Below, piece after piece: positions 1 to 10,900 of a stretch of 64,000 nt of DNA. This DNA is from Dipteris shenzhenensis (lineage: Eukaryota): assembly GCA_047967505.1 (NCBI GenBank), contig CM106538.1. One strand, 5' to 3'. Each line of letters begins with the position of its first letter. The first letter of the stretch is position 1. The position numbers and the translations under genes were made by a program. The notes beneath the pieces were generated by a model, which worked only from the letters and a program-made list of their open reading frames with translations, was not told where the DNA came from and searched no databases.

Positions 1-142
1 TCTCTCTCTCTCTCTATCTACCTACCTATCTATCTATCTCCCCTTGCTTGTGTTTTCTTTGTGTTCTATCCACTCCAGCTTTAGCATTTCTCACTTTGCC
101 TCTCTCTGTCTCTCTCTATTCTTCCACTGGTTTGTATTGCAG

Positions 143-3100
143 GACATGGAGCTTTCATTGCCATTAGAAGGAAGAAACCAAGGATAGTGTATAGTTGCAA
201 TACAAGAATGCAACGATATTTGTACATGTTGTATGCTTGGCTACCCACATGAATCTAAGCTCTGTGCCAAGATTAGAAGTAATGTAATAAAGGATTATCA
301 TGTAGAGAGAAAGCGGAAGCAACGTTATAATGCTAGTGTCAAGGTGATAAAATCACACAATGAGAATTCACGTGAAGGAGCCAATGAAGAGAAGCGCAAT
401 GAGGTCGTTCATTTTTTTAGTGTGATGTATGTCATGTCTAGACATGGATACAAGGGCTTGTATATTTCATCAGATTGTCCAACATCCTATGATGAGGGAA
501 TTCCTTACTGGATTGCGACATAGATCCGAGGATGCTCATGGAGCTTTAGTAGAAAACCTACACAATACACTCACTACAGTGAAAGTGCCTAGAAGCTCTC
601 AAGAGTTGTTTTTCAATAGAAATAGTATTATGATGCTAATCAATGGTATCACATCAAAAACATCTCAAACCAAAAAAAAATATGCATCGAGAATGTTAAA
701 CATACACAGGAGAAACTTTTATTTAGCTAAATCTCGTTTGGAACAGGCCAAATATGGTGTATTGCCATTGTCAACATGTGAATAATAACCTTGTCTAGTT
801 GGGTCAATTAGTGATGAGGTTAAGGAGGTGGTATTCTTATTTTGGGCAGCTCATACGTGTGTGTCACCCAACAAAAAAGATGTTTGTCAAAAGCGATTTC
901 GAAGAAAATCTTGGATCAAGCACTCTGTGCACCTCCTTGACCACCCTCAAGTGCTCACAATCATCATGATTCTTTCATTCTTTGGGAGGTTGCTATACCC
1001 CAACTATATATTACTTTGATACTAATATTATCATGGTGTGGATCACGTAGGTGGTAGCTTGCAATGTATCACATTTCTTTGAATCATTCATTATGAAGAA
1101 AATACTTACTTACCAATGTCGAGATGGTAGTACTAGAAAACTGGTATCATTGTATGACTATGTGGTAGTATGCACAAGTTTTACACTAGATATGATAGAT
1201 ATGATATCTTATGGAGGAAATTACTTTTCTGTCACTACTACACTACCAAGATACCTGTGTAGTAGAAAGCAATGTGACATATTGCTTGTAGGTGGTTGTA
1301 GTAAGTTCCTTGGAAGAAATCGGTTCCATAGTGAGGTGGCACTAGTAGTGCAACAATACCAGTAAAAGTAAGGATATGTGTACTCATAATAGTGGTAGCA
1401 CAAGATACTATCGATTCATAGTAAGGTTTTGTGCTGTCATGGAAATGTACTTTACTTGAAACCAATGGTAGCACAACAATACCAGATTCATAGTAAGGTT
1501 CTGTGCTATCATAGTAAGTTGGTAACATACTTTACTTCCCATTATTGTACCAATATCATGCATTTTTCATACCAACACTTTCTTAAAGAAAGATTGGTTC
1601 CATACAAAAGTTACAATGGTTCCACAAGACTACCGGTATAATTTTACCAAGAATGTTGGTGTATACCAATTTTACCAATGGGAACGAAATACCATTTTAT
1701 ACTGGTATCATGTGAGTAATCTATCTATTTAATTGATGTTGCAGGTGGAGATTTATCTCTTGTTTAAAGAAATGCCCCTAGAGATCAAGATTCAACAATG
1801 GGCATTTGAGAACTTGAAGCCTTATTTCATGCGTAAGCTCAAGGATCGCTACACTTGTTGTTGTATTGCACATGTTCAGATGTCCTTTTTAAAGGATGCC
1901 TTGAATCACGTGAGGAGCCTTGCTTTTGGATTGCATGGATGTGCATGTCAATGTGTTTGTGATATTTGTATGGTGGATGGCCATTCAAAAGGATGCAAGT
2001 CTATGAATAAGTCCTACAAGGTTGTCACGTTAGTTTGGGAGTCTATTTTGTGTGCAAAACCAACAACTTCTGCATCCATGCTTTGAAGTGTGTCATGGGA
2101 GAATGCACTAATTGGGGACCTCGGAAGTTGCCAGTATGTCTAGTTAAGAAACCATTCAGTCGAACACCCTATAGCTATGAAGGCTTTTGAAGACAAAGAA
2201 GCAAGATTTACTACTACTGATTGGAAGAAGAAGAAAAGGAAGGTTCAAACACACAAGGACATGTCTACTAGGGAATTTATTGATCGGTTCAATGCTCACC
2301 TGGTGGATTTTATCAAACACAATTTTGTGTACAGATGGCAAGAAGAGCAATATAAAGAATGCTTGACAAGGTTCCCCGAAAATGTGGTTGTATCATGCAT
2401 AGATTTCACTAAAAACTATAGCTTCGAGGAGAAAAATGAGATACAGTCCATGCACTGGTATTCCAGCTAAGTAACAATCTTTGTTCACATTTCCCATGTT
2501 TTTATTGCAGGTGACATCCAAAAACCCATCAATTCTACATATCTAATGATAAGAAGCGTGACACTCTTTTGTGCAGCATTGTTTCATGCTTCATCATGAA
2601 TGGTTGAAGGGTTTTGGTGTACTGCTTAAATGACATTGGTTATGGTCTGATGGAGAAACCTCCCAATTCAAAGCTAAAATTCCTTTCTACTTTGTAGCTC
2701 GGTACACCTCGAGACTGGATTGCAAATGATGTGGAACTTCTTTGGCTTTGGTCACAAGAAGGGTGATCATGATGGTGTAGGAGCTATTGTTAAAAGATTG
2801 TTGACTCATGAGCAACTGAAGGTGGATGGTGTAACCCTACAAAGTGCTACTGATGTAGTGGGATTTTTGAAGGAAAACCTCTCTTGTGGAGCTGAATGCT
2901 CACATAATTCCCAGGATCATAAGGTGACCAGAGTGTTCTAGGAAATAAAAGCTGGTGATGTGAATAGAGAAGAAATGGGATTGCAAAGCTATACCACAGT
3001 CACAATCACTGCATTCAGTTTTGGGTTTTCAGATCGTGATGACACAGCTTTAAGAACTAGGAAATTATGATTTTCAATGCTTGTATGCAACAACTTTGGA

Positions 3101-3577
3101 GGAGATGCACCAACCAATCACATGTATCCAGTTGGAATTACATTAATATTGAACCATTGATAAATAATAGTCTTGAGAATGGTTTTGACATGAATGTCAT
3201 TGATGATGTGACATATTCGAGGCATTATAACACACTCAGTGATGCCTTGCTGGTGGCTGAAGATAATTTTGCAGTTAGTGCAAAAAAGGACAACACAAAA
3301 AATGCTGACTTTTACATTATCAAGTGCACAAAAGAGAAGGAAATTGCCATGAGAGTTGTTAAAGAGGCATGGGGAAACAACATTGCATGAGGCTCCTTCA
3401 AGTGAAAGGACTCTTCAATGCAAGGAAGGATAGAAAACCTATGAATTGTTGCATATCAAGCCTCTAGTTTAGGCCATCAAGTTACCAATGGTCCATGAAA
3501 AAAGAAACAACAGCTTATTCAGCTTCTCACTTGAGGTACACAAATGTGTGTATAACAACATGCCTCATGAAGTTTAG
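143..3577 (+). pseudogene. Decayed DNA-transposon DDD transposase, Sola-like (probably Sola2-type)
   Basis: Fragmented frames give YTCCCIAH, CIDFTKNYSFEEKNEIQSMHW, WSDGETSQFK and FGFGHKKGDHDGVG. These match the DFxENY..EIQSxHW..SDG..QFK..HGKGxxDG motif series. Many stops and frameshifts; probable intron ~951-1744. Superfamily assigned from motif recall; ends approximate. Confidence 0.65.
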
Positions 3578-3949
3578 AGCATTGTCTCCATCCTTTCCTG
3601 ACTCAGGGATTCACAGCCACATTGACATGAAGTAAAGATTGTGAACCATATTGACATAATTAAAGTACCATGAGCTACTGTAGACTGCAAGCTATAGAAT
3701 CATACTATATAATTGGAAAATGTCCATCAAATTATTAAGTCCAACTTGGTGAAGCAGTCATAAAACTATTGAGTGACACATTTTCAGATTATAAAGTCCA
3801 ACTAAGTGAAGCAATCATAAGAAATGAGAACCTTTGAATCCAATTGAATGAAACATTTTCAAATTATAAAGTTCAATTGAGTGAAGTAGTCCGATATCCA
3901 AGGATGGGTAAATGCAAAGGCAAATTATTACTTTAAAATTGAAGTTGTA

Positions 3950-4097
3950 TAGAAAAGCCAAATAATATATAATCATCCCCTAAAGTTAGCCAAATATATA
4001 GGTAGCCCCTAAAGTTATATAAAAAATACAAATATATAGTCAGCCCCTAAAGTTATATAGAAAAGCCAAATATATAGTCAGCCCCTAAAGTTATATA
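3950..4097. repeat. ~30-40-bp tandem repeat (AAATATATAGTCAGCCCCTAAAGTTATATAG-like, ~4 copies)
   Basis: CCCCTAAAGTTA core repeated four times; plausibly a transposon subterminal repeat. Confidence 0.8.
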
Positions 4098-4976
4098 CCT
4101 GGGTAGTATACAACCAACTTTTACTCTTCTCTGTTTTGACAAGAGACCACCATCGTATCTAAGGATAGATAAATGCAAAGACAATTTGCTACTTAAAACT
4201 CAAGTTCTATTGAAAAACCGACTGTATTAGAGTTGTGGTTAGCTTTTAAAAATGACTCGGGTAATATTTATCCAACATTTACTTTTATGCAAAAAAACAG
4301 CGTAGCTGAGGTTCCAAGAGATCAAGTTCAAGATCTCTAAAGAACTTGTGATGTGCGCAAGGCTTCCAGGACATGCACTCAACACAAAGCACAGTGGGAG
4401 CCTTGAGCAACATACTTTGCAAACTGTGGGTCCTCGTAATATCAAAGGCCTTCCCACAATTCCTCCTGCAATTGATCCATCTCCCAAATGGCAATCTCGG
4501 GTCAATGTTGTGGAACAATAAGTTCCTGTTCCAAGTGATCAATCCCATGTATGACAATCTCGGGTTGCCAAAGGACCCATTGCAAAATGGCTTCATCTTC
4601 GCACGACAACAAGTTGAAGAAATGTTGTTGCTTCTATGGCTTTCCATCTCTATTCCTTTGTTGTTCCTTCATTGGTTTGTATTGAAGAGCATGCACTTTT
4701 AGCGAGCTTTGTACAATGTCACTTTGATCACTTTGGAAATATTTACAATATTGGAATATATAGACATATATATATTCAAAATATTTCATCTGACATTACA
4801 GTGTCAAAGGACATTTGACACTCTCTAGACTCAGAGTATTCTCCTATCATACTAAGTCCTAGTTTAATCGAAATCTTTCGTCTCACATTATTGTCCTTGG
4901 CTTGTCAAAGAACACCATCTAGTCACATAGCTAACAAAACATCAATTCAATCACTTTGGAAATATTTTAATATTGG

Positions 4977-4978
<2 letters not shown>

Positions 4979-5055
<77 letters not shown>
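4979..5055. repeat. (AC)n microsatellite
   Basis: Directly visible. Confidence 0.95.
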
Positions 5056-5062
<7 letters not shown>

Positions 5063-5675
5063 GTATATATCTTAACAACTACAGTTACATTGAGAAATAT
5101 AAAAAAAAAAAGAAGAAAAAGAAAGATACGTGGGGAAATGTAAAGAATGAATTTACATTGAGAAATGTTGTTCAATGACAATCCTCTCTAAAGAGATGGC
5201 CGGTGGAGACTAGTCAGGAAGTACGTATACCAAAATTTTCACCGAATTCCCTTTCGAAATTGAATGGGGTAGGGGGTGGTCTCCACACTCATGGAGGGGG
5301 TACCCAATCAGGAGGGACATCAACTAGGCGATATCATCAATGCAATATTCTTTTAATAGCTCCACATCCAGTTCAGAGTATCGTGGAAGCTACACAAAAT
5401 GAAAACAAAAAGAAAGAGCTTATAGAATAAGAAATGAAAGTTATATACATCATTTAAAACACTTGATACATTAGATTTACTTGGGCAAATCAAAAATTGT
5501 GTGCAACAACAATTTGGCATTCAGGGCTATTCTCTAGGCAGTTGAAGCCATCTTGTTGAAGTGGACATTCAACTCTTATTGTTGTGATGTTCTCAAAAAA
5601 ATTTGTCTCTTGGGGTGATGCACTCTAAAGCACTTACGAGTTTTCTTATCAATATGTATGCCAATTTATAGTCAT

Positions 5676-5678
<3 letters not shown>

Positions 5679-5741
<63 letters not shown>

Positions 5742-5752
5742 CTCTCTCTCTC
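5679..5752. repeat. (CT)n microsatellite
   Basis: Directly visible. Confidence 0.95.
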
Positions 5753-6380
5753 ATATCCCACAACACATTATTTGAACTTACAGTGATATGTTGCCATGAT
5801 CACCTTGCACCAAGTTTTCTAGGTAACAACACCTACTTTTGATATCCAATGCAACCAAACTCCAGTGCCCACTACAAAAAAGAATCTTTGACATTGAGAA
5901 TTGGAAAACACAGTATATGCATATAGTTGTGATCAGTCACAATACTTACTCCTCATGGTAGGCCAACAAAATTATTCGGAGGACTTCCAAGTCATAGTTA
6001 AATTGCTCAAGCCATGGAGCTACATCAAGGAATGTAGTATTATCTGGCCCAGGAAAACTAGGAAATAATAGTGTCCAAAACATAAACCCTCTCTTGAATC
6101 TCCACTGGAAGTCTTGACACTACTAGGCTACACAGGAAAATTACATCACATCATTTATTTTGATAATTTTGGAATGACAAAACAAACCTAAGAAAAGGGT
6201 TGATGACTGTACCTTGAATGTCTCTATGTACATTTGAGAGAACTTAAATGTCATCTTCAGTGAAAGGCATATAATATGGCTTGCCTCGCAACCTTATATG
6301 TACATGGAAAGAAGGACCAATTGAGGATAAGGTGGAATTATTTGATTTTTGCATTGCCCTTATGGTGTCTTTCTTGTGCA

Positions 6381-7071
6381 TTATGCACAACCGCTCAAAT
6401 CTTCTTGCTCGGAGACAGTTGTGGCATGCTTAATTGTGGCTTGTTCAATTGTGGCTTCCATCTCTCCTGCGGCTTCCCCATGTGACCTTTCAACCACTGT
6501 GGCTAACTCATGAACTGCCACCCTTGGTGCCTTAAACCATGTTTTGTGAGAATGCACAATGTTCGGAAGCAGTTTAGTGATTCTAACTTGGCTACGCCTC
6601 AAAGGACGCAATGCGAGCATACCTTGCATCTTCGGATCCAGTAAAGCCACAGGTCACAAGTTTTGTCAAATCTGTATCTAAGTACTTAGAGCAAGTGCAT
6701 ATCTCTATCCATGATTGTGACTATGTGTACATTTGCCGCAAGGATGAAGCTATCAGAGAAGAAAAGCATCATGTAATCTTCTGTGCTTTGGTGCAAAGCC
6801 CAAGGGATGATGCCTATGATTTGTACCCGAGTTGGTATCTCTCATAAATTAATCTCATGAGCCTCTGGAATGGGCGATTTGGAATAGCCAGTTGCATGTA
6901 CTTCTCAACTTTAGTAAGTTCCCACAGAAAATATGCATGCTGAGAGTACCTCCTCTATCGGGAACTTTTCACTTGTGCTTTGGGGGGCTTTCTTCCTCTC
7001 TTTCGAGAGGATGCCTTGGAACTTACTTTCGAATGACCCTTTACTGGGGTAGTCTTTTGGGTACTTGCCAT
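6381..7071 (-). pseudogene. Highly divergent histone H3/CENH3-like histone-fold gene with C-terminal extension (disrupted)
   Basis: Manual translation from ATG 7071: MASTQKTTPVKGHSKVSSKASSRKRGRKPPKAQVKSSR*RRYSQHAYFLWELTKVEKYMQLAIPNRPFQRLMRLI, then after a frameshift ALHQSTEDYMMLFFSDSFILAANVHIVTIMDRDMHLL*VLR. This is collinear with H3 [36 protein letters not shown]...[41 protein letters not shown]. The extension is inferred from the adjoining ORF 6381-6650. Confidence 0.8.
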
Positions 7072-7084
7072 CTAATTAAAATTT

Positions 7085-7930
7085 TGATAAGAAACCGAGA
7101 AGATACAGTAAATGAAATAGGTATAGTGACATAATTTGGACTTCTAAATAGCAAATCATTACAATGCGATGTGGGTGGCCATGTGAGGTCATAAATTCTA
7201 TGATCTCAAAATCCAATGAAGCAGATTGCACGCATAAGCTACGATTTTATGAGAAACCAAGAGAATACAATGAATGAAATAGATACGATGATAGAAATTG
7301 GACTTTCGAAGAGCAAATCATCACAACGCGATGTGGGTGGCCACGTGAGTTCACAATTTCCATATCACGTTGTAGTGATTTGAAAATGCTATGAAGCATA
7401 TTGCACGCATAAGCTAGAATTTGATGAGGAACCAAGATGAAATAGTCAATGAAATAAATACAATGACATGAAATAGACTTATGAAGCACAAATCATCACA
7501 ACGCGACATGGGTGGCCACATGAGGTGCCATATCGCATTGTAGTGATTTGCATGCATAAGCTACAATTTGATGAGAAACCAAGATGACACCAGTGAATGA
7601 AGTAGATACAATAATAGTAATTGTATTTTTGAAGAGCAAATCATTGATGTGGATAGCCTCTTTGAGAAGATTGCAAATGTTGGAGATGTTCATTGAAGAT
7701 TTATTGCAAAGAAAGAGTGTTGGAGATGTCCATTTAAGATTCTCAAATGACAAATAGAACAACTTTACAGAAATAAATACAAGTTCTCAAACCAAATCAT
7801 CGCAACGCGGTGTGGATAGCCACTTGGAAGTGCTATGAAGTAGAGGGAAGGCAAGATTACACAATTTGTAGAGAGACCAAGACAATACAGCAAATGAAGA
7901 AGATTGCACGAATAAGCTAGAAGATATTGT
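7085..7930. repeat. Diverged tandem repeat, ~150-175-bp unit, ~5 copies
   Basis: CAAATCAT(CACAACGCGATGTGGGTGGCC)-like anchor at 7151, 7313, 7488, 7636 and 7792. ATTGCACGCATAAGCTA-like and GAGAAACCAAGA-like blocks also recur. Confidence 0.85.
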
Positions 7931-10900
7931 GAATGAGTTAGAAAGAATGATTGATACAACAAACCAAAATTAATGGAATAGATCTTACCGTAGCTATGTA
8001 TTCTCAACCCTCGAGCCTAGGAAGCAAGAAAATGAGAGCCCAGGAGGAAGCGGGAGACAACTCGAAAGTGAGGAAGTGAGAGCCTAGGAGGAAGCGGGAG
8101 ACAACTTGGAAGCTAGGAAGTGAGGGGACTAGAGCTGAGGAAGCAAGATAGTGGGAGACCACTCGAAAGCGAGAAAGCGAGAGGCCGAAGCCGAGTAAGC
8201 GAGATAAAGGTGCAAGGAAAACAATAGAAAAAGCCTAGCATATGTTGTAGTGATGTTCTTTGAATGTGCTTTAGAAAAGCGAGGGAAGCGGCCTTAAATT
8301 CCCCATAAATCGGCGGCCAGAATAAATGGTAGCATTGCAAACATTCCTTTGCAAATGAACACGCATGTACGAGAACTAAAGTTGCATGTACGAGAATTGA
8401 TGTTGCATGACGAGAACTGATGTTGCATGTATGAGAGCACAGCTTTGGGAAGCAATGAGTACATCTTTAGAAATTGATCTCGAGTTCTCTCACATAGCTT
8501 TGGAAAGAGAGTGAACTGGTTTTCCCTCTTCGAGAAAGACAATCTTTGTAATAGCCATCTTCAGTTGCATGACTGCATCTCATCTCAAAACAAAGTACAA
8601 ATTAACTGCTTCTTCAAAGTTGCATCATAAAATCTCGTTATTTTCATTGTCTTGCATTGTTCTAAAGGTTTTCTCACCTGAATCTCCATGCAAGTTGCTC
8701 TGATAGACCCTGATTTGAGTTGAAAACTAAAAACATTCTAAAACTACGTGAATAAACAATACCTGATTCTTGGAGCAAGGTTCTTTGAAAGAAAAATGTG
8801 ATCAAAATTGTCCCTCCCAGTGGTCCCAAATGTGTTCCAGGATTAATGAAGTTGATGGTTCTTGATTCAAAACAAATTATATGCTCCCAAACATCTCGAA
8901 ATCTCAAGCAATATTCTGTAGAAAACCATTGATAGTAAGAGTGAAAAATACTCATTTCTCATGGAATTTCTTACAAAACAAACAAAATTTTCAATGTTTT
9001 CAAACCATGAAATAAAACAAAACAATACAACTACACAAAATGTACTATGAACTAACTATTTCTTTAAAGTTACATCATTAACAAACAAATCTCATCATAA
9101 TCACTGTGTTGTATTGTTCCAAAGATTATCTCACCTGAACCTCCATACAAGCTGTCTGGATGGACTCTAAACCTTCACAAATAGTTCAAAATCATGCACC
9201 CTTAGAGATTGCAGTAGGAAAAGTAACTAGTATTGAGAGATAGGCAAAAGAAAGATTGATTCTCATGCATCAGCAACTGCAATTCCTGAAAGTTAATCTT
9301 CTTTGATCTTTTCTTAAAGAATCTCATCTAGTAGCTCCTTCTAAGCTCCAAACACCTTGCATCATTCATGGCTCGCTCAAAACATTGATTGCCTTGTCTT
9401 CCTAAATGAAATGATTTCAGATCGTGGGAGAATCTCAGATGAGAGAGGAAGTGCCGAGAATTGAAGGAGAAGCACCCAAAATAGAGAAAGAAGAAGGTAG
9501 GTTAAATCTCATTCAAAAATCTTGAACGTTTTGAAAGAATGAGAGTGAAATGGGAGGGAAATGCAGGTAGAGAAGAGAAGTGACGAGATTTTGGTGTGAG
9601 AGTCCATCCCATGAGAGGGAGAATAGAGAAAAAAGCTTCCCACTCGAGAGCTAGTAGAAAATTTGAAAAGAGAGCTGGAACAAAGAAAATTTCAAAACAG
9701 TGCTCAGAAATGAGGGGGAAGCAAGAGGAATGAGAGAGAATGAAAGGAGTGTGGTAGTTGGATGGGAGGATTTGAAATGGTACAAGTTTGGTTGAGAAAC
9801 TAGGTTTATCAGTTTGGTTACAGTTAAAAAACATGATGGGAGAGTTGAGGTAGCAAGTGGGTGCTCCACTCATTGTTTGGGCCATTGAATAAAGAAATAG
9901 AGAAGTCAAGCCACTTCCAATATTCTATTGCCCTCCACCAGCCAATATTTTATTGGGTTTTATCACCTTATTCTTCCATTTCACCAGCCCAAGGGCTCCC
10001 TTACAGGGCCCTTTTTGAGTCCAAATTTTTTGTAATGCAGGGGACATAACCAAAACAATCCATTTCTTCATATCAGATGACAGGTGCATTTCTCTGTTCT
10101 TTTTTTTAAAGATGACAGGTGTTGAGATATCGAGCTCCACTCGCGATATGCCAGGGTGACTGTTGTGCATTTATGTCACCGACTTGTTAGCTAGAGATGC
10201 GGTTGGTACACCGCCCACAAATAATAGCTGGATGACAGCTATCCTTATCTACTCTAGTTTGTGGCTCAGTTAGTATGCCACCTTAGTTAGTTGAGTTTGG
10301 TTTGAGACCCACATATAGGGTTCTTCTATTTCTTACAACTAAGAAGAGGAAAACTGTTTTCAGCCTCCACCTTTGTGTGTATTCCCCCATTGTGCATGTG
10401 AGAAAGCCGCAAGTGAGACTCCTTCCCTCTCTCCCACTATCTTCACATGGTATCAGAGCCTTGTTCGTGGTAAGGAGCTCAAGAAAGCAAGCCAAGTTCG
10501 TGGTGTCCTGGTAAGAGGACCAGTGTTGCTTTCCTATTTCGAGTTTGGGAGCAAATCTCTGCAGGTAGCACAGCCAGAAGCGTAGGAGTGCACTGTTTCA
10601 GATTGAGATGCCCTTCGCGGTGTGGCGAGAGTGCAGTATATGCTTTTCGGGCCCGTTTTGAAGGCGGAAGTTCTTCGCAGGCACTCAGAAAAAGGCCCTA
10701 TTTTTTACTGTGCGACCACTGCGCGGCTAGTCGGTGGAAAGGTGCCGCAGAAATTGCATCGTATGCCTGTGTGCAGAGATATTGGGAGTTGCAGATTCAT
10801 GCCTATTGCCTGTTGATGCAAAATCGTCACTAGGAAGTGACTGTGTGGTGAAATACTACTTTTGTCAGTTTTGCAGATCTGCCCGTGTGAGGCAAAAGTT

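Noticed and set aside
7085-7930. CRISPR-like repeat/spacer appearance
   Set aside because: The 'spacers' are homologous to each other, the context is eukaryotic and no cas genes are present.
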